Shown in pieces: positions 24,437 to 32,000 of a stretch of 32,000 bases of DNA. Every line of letters starts with the position of its first letter. Positions within the stretch are counted from its first letter, which is position 1. Source of the DNA: Telmatocola sphagniphila (GTDB lineage Bacteria > Planctomycetota > Planctomycetia > Gemmatales > Gemmataceae); assembly GCF_018398935.1 (NCBI RefSeq), contig NZ_CP074694.1, positions 2,910,001 through 2,942,000 on the forward strand, written 5' to 3'. The position numbers and the translations under genes are program-made. The notes under the pieces are model-generated. The model was not told the DNA's origin. It saw only the letters and a list, made by a program, of their open reading frames with translations, and did not search any database.

Positions 24437-25840
24437 ATGGCAACTAGTTTCGATTACCTGACAGCTCCCGGGACCGACGGAACTGTCCGCTTCAACCCGA
24501 CGACCCCGCGATATCGCGAGAGGCTTTCCCGGATGTACGATGCCGGATCGAGTGCCCCGAAAAAGACCTTGCGAGTTCTATTAATCGCCGAGATGTGCAA
24601 CCCGACTTGGACCAGCGTTCCTTTAGTTGGCTACAATTTCGCCCGGGCTCTGGCTCAACGCGACGATCTCTCCATTCACCTGGTCACTCATATCCGCAAT
24701 CAGGAAGGAATCGAGCAGATCCCGATCCCGAAGTTGAACCGGTTGACCTACATCGACAATGAATTCATCACTCGCCCCATGCACCAAGTTTCGAAATGGC
24801 TGCGCGGCAGTAAAAAGCCCGCCTGGACCATCGCGACCGCGAGTCAGTGGCCGGGCTATATGCTCTTCGAACGGCAGATTCACCGCCAATTCTTCCGCGA
24901 ACTGGAGGAAGGCGCCTTCGATATCATCCATCGCCTGACCCCGCTGTCGCCGACGATCCCCAGTCCGCTCGCCCGAAAAACGCGAATTCCGATGATTATC
25001 GGCCCACTCAACGGGGGTCTCCCCTGGCCCAAGCAATATCCCGAGTTGGTCAATCGCGAAGGTGAATGGCTCGTTAACGCTCGATTCTTACATAAACTGC
25101 TTCCCTTCTATCGTTCTTCCTATGCCCGACTGGCCGGCGTGATCGCGGGAAGCAAACATACCAATACGGAACTTTCGGCCTCTTTCCGCGGCCTCCGCTT
25201 CTACCTGCCCGAAAACGGCGTCGATCTGGAGCTATTCCCACCGCGCCGGACTGAAAAGGTTGCCAACTCTCGGTTTCGCTTCGTCACCGTAGGTCGGCTG
25301 GTGCCCTACAAAGGCTTCGATTTGATCATGGAAGCGATGGCCGGTTGCGAAGAATTGAAAGATTCCGAGTTGGTCATCATCGGCGAAGGTCCGGAGAAAG
25401 AGTCTCTTCAGAATCTCATCGCGACCAAAGGTCTGCAGGATCGCGTCCGACTTCTTGGTTTCCTCAGCCAGGATAAGATTCACAAAGAATTCGAATCCTC
25501 TGATGCCTTTGTATTCCCCAGCTTGCGGGAATTTGGCGGAGCCGTGGTGCTCGAAGCCATGGCCGTGGGATTGCCTTCGATCATCGTCGATTACGGCGGA
25601 CCTGCGGAACTGTTGGATTCGGAAAGTGGCATCCTGCTACCGATGGTCGAACGGGCTCCGCTCGTCGAAAAACTCCGCGACGCGATGGTTCGTCTGAAAT
25701 CCGATCCAAAGCTATGCGCAAAAATGAGCCAGGCAGCAATGCGGCGGATTCAGGATCATTTCACCTGGTCGGCCAAGGCCGAGCAGATTACGCAGTTCTA
25801 TCAGCAGACCATCGAAGATAGTCACCATCGCGGGATCTGA
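24437..25840 (+). CDS. GT4-family (GT-B, retaining) glycosyltransferase, paralog B
   Basis: 467 aa and collinear with paralog A: LRVLLIAEMCNPTWTSVPLVGYN, GPLNGGLPWPK, FVFPSLREFGGAVVLEAMAVGLPSIIVDYGGPAELL. Confidence 0.85.
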   Translation: MATSFDYLTAPGTDGTVRFNPTTPRYRERLSRMYDAGSSAPKKTLRVLLIAEMCNPTWTSVPLVGYNFARALAQRDDLSIHLVTHIRNQEGIEQIPIPKLNRLTYIDNEFITRPMHQVSKWLRGSKKPAWTIATASQWPGYMLFERQIHRQFFRELEEGAFDIIHRLTPLSPTIPSPLARKTRIPMIIGPLNGGLPWPKQYPELVNREGEWLVNARFLHKLLPFYRSSYARLAGVIAGSKHTNTELSASFRGLRFYLPENGVDLELFPPRRTEKVANSRFRFVTVGRLVPYKGFDLIMEAMAGCEELKDSELVIIGEGPEKESLQNLIATKGLQDRVRLLGFLSQDKIHKEFESSDAFVFPSLREFGGAVVLEAMAVGLPSIIVDYGGPAELLDSESGILLPMVERAPLVEKLRDAMVRLKSDPKLCAKMSQAAMRRIQDHFTWSAKAEQITQFYQQTIEDSHHRGI

Positions 25841-25842
25841 TC

Positions 25843-26604
25843 GTGGGTCTGTTACATTCGATCCGAACATGGGGAGCGAAACGGTTGCTCGTTCGCACCC
25901 ATCGAATCACTCATCGCCTGCCGGTGCAACTCGTCGCCGTGAAGCCTGCTCGCGTGCTGGTCTTGGCCCCTCATATGGATGACGAAGTGATCCCGATCGG
26001 TGGGACACTCGCTTTACATCGACAAGTCGGTAGTACGGTCGGCGTGATATATGTCTCCGATAGTGCGGGCGATCCCGAACAGACAAAAAAAGCCAGTGAA
26101 ACGGCCGTTCGCAAGGATGAGGCCAGAGCCTGTTCGCAATTTCTAGGCTTTGAGATACTGAATTTTCTCGATCTACCCGATGGCAGCCTCACCCAGCATG
26201 AACCAGCCATTGCCAGTGAAGCCGCCCGGATTCTGGCCGATTGGAAACCCGATCTGATTTTCGCCCCTTTCCCGACCGATCATCATCGGGACCATCAGGC
26301 CACCACCGCTGGATTATGTCGAGCCATTCAACAATCCGGTTGGTCGGGAGAAGTCTGGGGTTATGAGGTCTGGTCGACACTTTGGCCCAATCGCTGCGTA
26401 GATATCACGGCCCAGGTTGAGACGAAGCGTCAGTCGATTCTCTGCCACGCTTCGCAGTGCGCGAACATGTCCTATGTGGAGTCGGCGCTTGGTTTGAATC
26501 GCTATCGGGGTTTGAAAGTGGGAGTCGCTTACGCCGAAGCGTTTTATGCTGCTGAGGCCAAGGAGTTTGTGAAACTCTGTAACGAGTTGCTCGAAAGGAT
26601 TTGA
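25843..26604 (+). CDS. PIG-L/LmbE-family N-acetylglucosaminyl deacetylase
   Basis: 253 aa. Zn-site motifs are APHMDDEV (the AHPDDE-type motif) and HHRDH (the HxDH motif). It starts 2 nt after the paralog B stop. Confidence 0.85.
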   Translation: MGLLHSIRTWGAKRLLVRTHRITHRLPVQLVAVKPARVLVLAPHMDDEVIPIGGTLALHRQVGSTVGVIYVSDSAGDPEQTKKASETAVRKDEARACSQFLGFEILNFLDLPDGSLTQHEPAIASEAARILADWKPDLIFAPFPTDHHRDHQATTAGLCRAIQQSGWSGEVWGYEVWSTLWPNRCVDITAQVETKRQSILCHASQCANMSYVESALGLNRYRGLKVGVAYAEAFYAAEAKEFVKLCNELLERI

Positions 26605-26699
26605 AGAAAACCTCAATCGATAGCTTATAAAATAAACAGTAGCTCAACGAATAAAGGGAATTCGTTCCTTACCCTCGGCACTCGCCCTAGGGGTCTAAC

Positions 26700-27089
26700 A
26701 TGAGCAATCAATTCCATTCCGCTTCCACAGTTCATACCGCAATCCGTTGGTTGGCCCGAATCAGCAGTCTTCTGTTGATCGGACTCGTAATAGCGATCTT
26801 TTTCGGCGCTGGGGGTTTTCCAAAAATCGCTGGCGAGCAAAATTCCGTAAAGATCGAATTCCTCGCCTTGGGCGTTATGCTAATTGGCCTCGTCGTAGGT
26901 TGGTGGCAGGAACTGGCTGGCGGACTCGTAACTTTGGCAGGGTTGGTGGGCCTCAACGTCGTGGAATTGCTTGTTAACGGACGACTGGCCCAAGGAGCAT
27001 TCCCCGCCTTCGTCATTCCCGGAGTTCTGTTCCTGCTCAGCGGGCTGATGACCATTAGGATGCAAAAGAATCTGAGTAAAACTTTTTGA
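26700..27089 (+). CDS. small integral membrane protein (about 4 TM helices), unknown function
   Basis: 129 aa with four hydrophobic segments. A hairpin follows. No family was recognised. Confidence 0.55.
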   Translation: MSNQFHSASTVHTAIRWLARISSLLLIGLVIAIFFGAGGFPKIAGEQNSVKIEFLALGVMLIGLVVGWWQELAGGLVTLAGLVGLNVVELLVNGRLAQGAFPAFVIPGVLFLLSGLMTIRMQKNLSKTF

Positions 27090-27093
27090 AACA

Positions 27094-27131
27094 GTAGAAG
27101 CCGGCAGAACATGGGTCCCGCCGGCTTCTAC
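27094..27131. terminator. hairpin between convergent genes (12-bp perfect stem gtagaagccggc/gccggcttctac, 14-nt loop)
   Basis: Seen directly. There is no clear T-tract on either side. Confidence 0.45.
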
Positions 27132-27163
27132 TCGGAATTTTAGCCATTCGCCATTTCGGAAGC

Positions 27164-27859
27164 TTAGGGCTTCACTACTGGTCCCAGGATGGGATCGGCT
27201 TTAAGATCGATCGCCATTTCGGTCAGTTTGATTCGCAGGGCGTCGGAGAGTTTGCGCAACTCCGGGCGTACATCCCGAGCATAGGCTTCGGTTACCCGGT
27301 TATTCGCGTCGATCACGGCCCCATCGAGTGCCACTCCCGCGAACAAACCGCGGCTACGAGAATAGGACATGATTTCCGCTTCCAGCTTCGCATCGGTAGC
27401 CGCCGCGACATTGCGTCCGACAGGTCCTGCCGCAATGGCTGCATCAGCTCCCAGTGTCAGCTTGTTTTTGCCTTCCAGAATTCGGTCGAGGCTCTTGCGC
27501 TTTCGGAAAATCAAAACCACATCGGTCGATTCCACACCAATTTGGAACCCGACGCTGGCTCCGCCGAGATCGACGAAGACCGGTTCACCCCAGTGACCTT
27601 CTTTATCGCGAGTCATCACCAATCCGTGCCCGCCGCGACCCGCGAAAACGAATCCAACTTTCACAACATTGGGAATAATAGCTATCCCTTGAGCGTCCGC
27701 GATCAAGGAAGGAGGAATTCCCTTAAGCGGATCCTTGGAGAGATCCTTCAAAATCTCAATCGAGTTCTGAATGGTCTGTCCCGGTGAGGGCGGTCCGGCT
27801 GAAACTGAGCCCACGGTCAATCCAATCAGAGCCATACTAGCCACAATGAAGCGATACAT
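27164..27859 (-). CDS. SYLF (DUF500 / Ysc84-like) lipid-binding domain protein, exported
   Basis: 231 aa. Signal peptide MYRFIVASMALIGLTVGSVSA. The blocks GFVFAGRGGHGLVM, GGASVGFQIG and YSRSRGLFAGVALDGAVI are typical of the SYLF domain. Confidence 0.8.
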   Translation of the reverse strand: MYRFIVASMALIGLTVGSVSAGPPSPGQTIQNSIEILKDLSKDPLKGIPPSLIADAQGIAIIPNVVKVGFVFAGRGGHGLVMTRDKEGHWGEPVFVDLGGASVGFQIGVESTDVVLIFRKRKSLDRILEGKNKLTLGADAAIAAGPVGRNVAAATDAKLEAEIMSYSRSRGLFAGVALDGAVIDANNRVTEAYARDVRPELRKLSDALRIKLTEMAIDLKADPILGPVVKP

Positions 27860-28072
27860 CTTGGTCTCCCTTCCACGTGTTGGTGTACTTTCTGTATTTC
27901 GCTCGACTTACCTGAAATTAGACAGCATTTTTCAGGCCATGCAATGGCAAGTGACTTGGGGAAGGCTATCCGGATATAACGACTGGGCGAACTGTGACAA
28001 TTGGGCAAATTTAAAGTGCACAAAAAGATAAACTAGGCTTCAATCCGGAACAAATACGATTCCCAATTACCG

Positions 28073-29536
28073 TTAAGCCAGCTCTTTCTCCGGTACCCAG
28101 ATCCCGTGAAAGCCGTAAGGTACCCGCACAGGTAGCATCACCCGAGCCACTGGCTCTTTCATGTTCCGGGCATCGACGATCAGCAACTCGCTTTTATTTG
28201 ACGCTTTGTCGTACACGTAGGTCATCAAATAGCCCTCATCCTCCGATTTCGCGGACGCGCGTGCTACAAAAACGGCCTCCCCGCAGAATTGCCCATCACC
28301 TAACTTGTGGCTTTCGGCCGATTTCTTGGTGAAATCGTGCTTGCGAATCTCCGTGGCAAATTCGCCTCCCCCCGAAGCCGTGTAGCCAAACCGAGCCGAC
28401 TTACCGATGAAGGACTCATTGATGCGCGGCATCTCGCTCGTGTAATCATCCAGAATTTCTTCGGAAACTTTGCCGTTCTGGAAATTAAATTTCCAGCAAT
28501 AGAGAACCGGATTTAGAGCCTCCGACTTGGCGTTGTCACTCAGTTCCAGGGCCCCAGGGAACGCCGGGTAACGGCAGCCGATCAGAACGACGGAATCCCC
28601 TTCCTCGTAGGCATTCAGCGAGTGAAACATGAAACCGGTTTTGGCTTCGAACCACTTCACGGGAGTATCGGGCTTGGAATTTCGGGGTAAAAAACCGAAG
28701 CGGGAAGGCTGATCTTTATCGAAGTGCCAGGGCGATTTACCGACGAAGGCCCGTTCCATCGAGAAGATCTGCGGGAAGTCGAAGAAAATCGCGTACTTTT
28801 TGGTGATGGCGAAATCGTGCATCATCACCGGATGCTTCAACTCGATTTTTCGGGTATCGGTCAAGACACCTTTTGCATCGATGTGATAATAGTAAGCCGC
28901 ATTTTTCGTCGTGTAGCAGAAGCCGAGCAACTCGCCGGTTTCCGGATCGACCTTGGGATGGGCCGTCATCGGACCTTCGAGTTTAGCGGCAAAATCGTAC
29001 TCGCCGACGGTCGCCAGATCGGGAAGGTGAATCTCGTGCGGCAAACCCGCCTCGTACAAGGCCAAACACTTTCCCGCATGGCGCACCAGAGCCGTGTTAG
29101 CGGCATTTTTAAATGGATTCTGCCCGACCAGCACTTTCTTCATGTCCGGGCGTTCCAACATGCTGGAATAGACCTGCTTGCCTTCTTTGTGCTCGAGTTT
29201 CCAGCCTTCCGTTTGGATGTAGCGATTGCGATAGCTCGCCTGGCCCTCGCACAGATGCACCCCATGGAGCATTCCATCCCCTTCGAACCAGTGGTAGGCT
29301 CCCTTGGGATCGAATTGGGGATTGGGTCCGTTGCGGACATACAGGCCGTTCAAATCTTTGGGTAGCGAACCGATGACTTTCAGTTTCTCGGCGGTGACTT
29401 CCTCACGAACCGGACCAAAATTGCCTAGCAGATAGGGATTTTTGGGCTTTATATCTTCCGCGGCAAGATTCGAAAAACCACCGAGGGCTACGGCACTTGT
29501 GGAGGCATGCAGAAAATGTCGTCGGTCGAGTTTCAT
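28073..29536 (-). CDS. carotenoid/apocarotenoid (stilbene-type) cleavage oxygenase with a Tat signal
   Basis: 487 aa. Twin-arginine leader MKLDRRHFLHASTSAVALGG. All four His-ligand blocks of the RPE65/CCO family are present: TAHPKVDP, MMHDFAIT, MFHSLNAYEE and FHGIWV. Confidence 0.9.
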   Translation of the reverse strand: MKLDRRHFLHASTSAVALGGFSNLAAEDIKPKNPYLLGNFGPVREEVTAEKLKVIGSLPKDLNGLYVRNGPNPQFDPKGAYHWFEGDGMLHGVHLCEGQASYRNRYIQTEGWKLEHKEGKQVYSSMLERPDMKKVLVGQNPFKNAANTALVRHAGKCLALYEAGLPHEIHLPDLATVGEYDFAAKLEGPMTAHPKVDPETGELLGFCYTTKNAAYYYHIDAKGVLTDTRKIELKHPVMMHDFAITKKYAIFFDFPQIFSMERAFVGKSPWHFDKDQPSRFGFLPRNSKPDTPVKWFEAKTGFMFHSLNAYEEGDSVVLIGCRYPAFPGALELSDNAKSEALNPVLYCWKFNFQNGKVSEEILDDYTSEMPRINESFIGKSARFGYTASGGGEFATEIRKHDFTKKSAESHKLGDGQFCGEAVFVARASAKSEDEGYLMTYVYDKASNKSELLIVDARNMKEPVARVMLPVRVPYGFHGIWVPEKELA

Positions 29537-29567
29537 CGGGTGGTCCCTCAGGGGTAGTGGTCATTTT

Positions 29568-29602
29568 TCAGCAATCAGCGGTCAGCCGTCAGCTTTCAGT
29601 CA
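29568..29602 (+). repeat. five tandem heptads TCAGCNN (tcagcaa tcagcgg tcagccg tcagctt tcagtca)
   Basis: Counted directly from the sequence. Confidence 0.9.
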
Positions 29603-29656
29603 GAAATCAAAGTCAGAAAGCGGGCGGATCTTTTTTCTCCATTCGCTGATTGCTGA
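29568..29656. repeat. 13-bp perfect inverted repeat, tcagcaatcagcg (29568-29580) and cgctgattgctga (29644-29656), 63-nt spacer
   Basis: The reverse complement was verified base by base. The right arm is itself 2.5 heptads of GCTGATT. Confidence 0.9.
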
Positions 29657-29765
29657 TTGCTAACTATCGATATGCTAGCCAATTCGTTTGAGAGAGGGAA
29701 ATATTGAATCTGAAAGCAGTCAGCGGTCAGCTTTCAGCTTTCAGTCAGAAATCAAAGTCAGAAAG
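29589..29765 (+). repeat. 32-bp perfect direct repeat tcagctttcagtcagaaatcaaagtcagaaag (29589-29620 and 29734-29765)
   Basis: Verified base by base. The second copy is preceded by heptads tcagcgg tcagctt (29720-29733). Confidence 0.9.
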
Positions 29766-29822
29766 GAGGCATATCGTTTTTCACTATACGCTGACCATTG
29801 GCCCCTGTCACTAACACAAACA

Positions 29823-30019
29823 AAAAAGCCGCTCAGCTCTTTCTCAAGAACCAAACGGTTATAGTTCTTTGTATTACTGATAGCCGATAGCCGATAGCCG
29901 ATAGCTGATCGCTGACCGCTGACCGCTGACCGCTGATCGCTGACCGCTGACCGCTGACCGCTGATCGCTCTCCCCCAAAATGCAAAAAGCCGCTCAGCTC
30001 TTTCTCAAGAACCAAACGG
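29823..30019 (+). repeat. 36-bp perfect direct repeat aaaaagccgctcagctctttctcaagaaccaaacgg (29823-29858 and 29984-30019), period 161 bp, bracketing the heptad array
   Basis: Verified base by base. Each copy is followed about 20 nt later by tact(g)ctgatag heptads. Confidence 0.9.
29877..29969 (+). repeat. 13-unit heptanucleotide tandem array (ctgatag, 3x ccgatag, then [ctgatcg + 3x ctgaccg] x2, then ctgatcg)
   Basis: Counted unit by unit. A 28-bp higher-order period is present at 29905-29932 and 29933-29960. The core GCTGA is the reverse complement of the TCAGC heptads at 29568-29602 and 29720-29747. Confidence 0.95.
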
Positions 30020-30048
30020 CTGAAGCTCACTTTACTGCTGATAGCTGA

Positions 30049-30873
30049 TTAAGGAATCATAAACGCCAGAGCCAAAGCAATCCCGCTCTCGGCCAAGATT
30101 CCCGTGACCGTGGCCCCCTGTTGGAACAGGATGTAAGGCACCTGATCTCCCGGCTGACACTGAGGCGAGCACTCCTGGCAGAAGGGCCGGGAAGCCGCGT
30201 GATATGGGAAGAGCAGCGTATCCTTATAGAAGTAACTCAACGTCACGAATGGCTGAATGAAGCCCAGGTCCCAGCCGTAGCGTTCGGCATTCTTGTCTTC
30301 GAAAAGCAATTTGCCGTGGCAGACATAATGCGGTTCGGCAATCATCTGCGATTTATTGTAAACACGAGCCAGAAACGCTTTGTCGCTCAAGGTAGGCTGC
30401 GAAGGGAAATTCTCCATCAGCATCTGTTCGTTTTTGATGCGTTTCTCAAGAGCTTTCTCCGATTCAAATCGGTACAACTCTTCCGTTTTCGGGAGATCCG
30501 TTTTCACCACATAAGTGTTGGCCGGGTCCTGAACTTTGGGATCCTCTTTCTTCGGATCGTCCTTTTTGTTCTGAACGAGCTGCGAAGGCACGGCCACCAC
30601 AGGCACGTATTTCGGCGCCTGGGTATAGGCCGGGATGGTAATCGCGGAGTTATTCGGCACGGTGGGAGCGGGAACCGCTTCCGTGGGAATCGTCTGCACG
30701 GAACTGGTATTCGCGGGCTTCTTCAACTGCAGGGTCTGGCCCCGAAGCAGTGTATAATCCCCGGCCTTCGGCGCGGGGATCGACAGCGGATCGGGAGCCT
30801 GAGCCCGAACCGACTCTCCGGCGAACAGACTGGCTATAACGGCCAGGCTATAGGCCATCTTTCGAATTGGCAT
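30049..30873 (-). CDS. exported hypothetical protein (Pro/Val-rich N-terminal half, conserved-looking Cys-containing C-terminal half, C-terminal hydrophobic tail)
   Basis: I re-start the 324-aa ORF-track frame at the ATG at 30873, which gives signal peptide [26 protein letters not shown]. Upstream codons overlap guaB. No family was recognised. The start choice (30873 versus 30858) is uncertain. Confidence 0.5.
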   Translation of the reverse strand: MPIRKMAYSLAVIASLFAGESVRAQAPDPLSIPAPKAGDYTLLRGQTLQLKKPANTSSVQTIPTEAVPAPTVPNNSAITIPAYTQAPKYVPVVAVPSQLVQNKKDDPKKEDPKVQDPANTYVVKTDLPKTEELYRFESEKALEKRIKNEQMLMENFPSQPTLSDKAFLARVYNKSQMIAEPHYVCHGKLLFEDKNAERYGWDLGFIQPFVTLSYFYKDTLLFPYHAASRPFCQECSPQCQPGDQVPYILFQQGATVTGILAESGIALALAFMIP

Positions 30874-31999
30874 CTTCCCGGCTGCTGTAGTTGGGCGCTT
30901 CTTGAGTAATAGCGATATCATGCGGATGGCTCTCCTGTACCGATGCCGCGCTGACCTGAATGAATCTCGCATTGTTGCGAAGCTCTTCCAGGTTGCGTGT
31001 GCCGCAATATCCCATGCCGGCACGCAATCCCCCGACCAATTGAAACAGGAACGGCGCCAAATGCCCCTTGTAAGGCACCCGGCCTTCCACCCCTTCGGGC
31101 ACCAGCTTACCGCCGGCTGTCCCTTCTTTGGGAAGCGATTGCTGGTAGCGATCCGAAGATCCTGCCATCATCGCTCCCATCGATCCCATACCCCGATAGA
31201 CCTTGAAGGATCTACCTTTATAGAGAATGGTCTGTCCCGGACTTTCCGCGACTCCCGCGAACAAGCCGCCGATCATAACGCTGTGGGCTCCGGCCGCCAA
31301 GGCCTTGGTTATATCCCCCGAGTATCGGATCCCGCCGTCCGCAATAATCGGTATTCCCGCTCCTTGCAAGCCTTTTACTGCCTGAGAAATCGCGGAAAGT
31401 TGAGGAACCCCCACCCCAGACACAATTCGGGTCGTGCAGATCGAGCCCGGCCCGATCCCCACCTTGATCGCGTCGGCACCGGCATCGAGAAGAGCTTTCG
31501 CCCCTTCCATCGTCGCCACATTGCCTGCAATCACATCAATCCGGCAGCGCTTCTTAATTTCGCGAACCGTTTCGATCACATTTCGCGAATGGCCGTGAGC
31601 CGAATCAACTACCAGAACATCCACACCCGCCTGGATCAGCGAATCGGCCCGCTCGAAATCCTGAACCCCGATCGCCGCCCCCACTCGGAGCCGTCCTCGA
31701 TTGTCCTTACTTCCGTTAGGAAAGTTGAGGATTTTATCGATATCTTTGATCGTAATAAGGCCCTTCAGTCTGTATTCATCGTCTACCAGGAGTAATTTCT
31801 CCACTTTATTTTCCGTCAAAATTCGTTCAGCCGCTTCAAGCGTTGTATTTTCCGGGGCCGTGACCAGATTGGTCTTGGTCATCACCTCTTCGAGTCGTTG
31901 GTTCTGGTCGGATAGGAAGCGCAGGTCGCGCCGGGTGAGTATCCCTTTTAGGTAACCATTGACGGTAATAGGAACGCCGCTGATGTGCTGCTGCTCCAT
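30848..31999 (-). CDS. guaB: IMP dehydrogenase (N-terminus beyond the window end)
   Basis: CBS-pair region, catalytic loop [11 protein letters not shown], and the blocks GGIRYSGD and GSYRGMGS-like ([10 protein letters not shown]). The frame is open to the window edge. Confidence 0.95.
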   Translation of the reverse strand: MEQQHISGVPITVNGYLKGILTRRDLRFLSDQNQRLEEVMTKTNLVTAPENTTLEAAERILTENKVEKLLLVDDEYRLKGLITIKDIDKILNFPNGSKDNRGRLRVGAAIGVQDFERADSLIQAGVDVLVVDSAHGHSRNVIETVREIKKRCRIDVIAGNVATMEGAKALLDAGADAIKVGIGPGSICTTRIVSGVGVPQLSAISQAVKGLQGAGIPIIADGGIRYSGDITKALAAGAHSVMIGGLFAGVAESPGQTILYKGRSFKVYRGMGSMGAMMAGSSDRYQQSLPKEGTAGGKLVPEGVEGRVPYKGHLAPFLFQLVGGLRAGMGYCGTRNLEELRNNARFIQVSAASVQESHPHDIAITQEAPNYSSREDANSKDGL

Positions 32000-32000
32000 A

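Noticed and set aside
22952-25840. The two GT4 genes as a mis-assembled duplicate or a pseudogene pair
   Set aside because: Both frames are intact and of equal length. They are diverged throughout at DNA level and retain the catalytic EX7E-region block. This is consistent with functional paralogs.
29833-30030. 65-aa minus-strand ORF spanning the heptad array (translation ...SAVSGQRSAISGQRSAVSDQLSAIGYRLSVI...)
   Set aside because: Its 'protein repeats' are simply the 7-bp DNA repeats read through three frames. The ORF also runs across both copies of the 36-bp repeat in different frames. It has no RBS. I treat it as an artefact of the repeat region.
29537-30048. Possible CRISPR array
   Set aside because: Each long repeat (32 bp and 36 bp) occurs only twice. 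The 'spacers' are themselves simple heptad repeats or differ greatly in length. No cas genes or leader are in the window.
30902-31795. 297-aa plus-strand ORF, together with 30121-30909 (+), 28724-29365 (+), 14778-15428 (+), 18575-19231 (+), 3348-3881 (-), 12876-13385 (-) and 22133-22771 (-)
   Set aside because: All lie antisense to, or out of frame within, genes with unambiguous family signatures (guaB, the carotenoid oxygenase, ACAD, mutM, the RcnA-like transporter, pheS, and Fur/FlgM-like). Their translations are Arg/Gly/Pro/Ser-rich low-complexity sequence typical of off-frame reading of moderately GC-rich coding DNA.
1-32000. Defence island, prophage, transposon or integrative element
   Set aside because: The window contains no integrase, transposase, nuclease-helicase pairs, toxin-antitoxin-sized gene pairs or terminal inverted repeats bounding a gene block. 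There is also no abrupt composition shift other than the short AT-richer gaps noted.

Overview
The window is a chromosomal segment at roughly 50-55% GC by eye, densely coding on both strands. It has no rRNA or tRNA genes, no CRISPR array and no recognisable mobile element. The gene content points to a Planctomycetota/PVC-type genome: exported squalene-cyclase-repeat proteins, a YTV-like Cys/Pro/Tyr repeat protein, an orphan T2SS-F gene and an FHA protein. That taxonomic call is inference only.

Well-supported genes:
- Translation and nucleotide metabolism: pheS, rplT, rpmI, infC (which I re-start at an AUU codon), and a partial guaB.
- DNA repair and stress: mutM, nfi, tpx.
- Regulators: a Fur-family regulator and a FlgM-like protein.
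- Other enzymes: an SDR, an alpha/beta hydrolase, an MLE-type enolase-superfamily enzyme, a GT39 glycosyltransferase, a tandem-GDPD protein, an acyl-CoA dehydrogenase-like protein, a SYLF protein and a Tat-exported carotenoid oxygenase.

Five things are worth a second look:
1. A ~510 bp intergenic block (29537-30048) is built almost entirely from TCAGC/GCTGA-core heptad arrays in both orientations. It also holds perfect 32-bp and 36-bp direct repeats and a 13-bp inverted repeat. It has no obvious coding or CRISPR explanation.
2. A tightly packed mutM / sensor kinase / nfi unit, where the kinase has a periplasmic CxxCH (c-type heme) sensor domain.
3. A Fur-adjacent cluster of two paralogous GT4 glycosyltransferases plus a PIG-L/LmbE deacetylase. 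This is the enzyme logic of the first steps of mycothiol, bacillithiol and GPI synthesis.
4. A co-directional five-gene string: two tandem exported alpha/alpha-toroid paralogs, an RcnA/NicO metal transporter with an extra periplasmic domain, an enolase-superfamily enzyme and a hydrolase.
5. An unannotated 35-aa hyper-basic ORF lying between the separated ribosomal/IF3 genes.

I see no recognisable defence or toxin system. All functional links between neighbouring genes are hypotheses.
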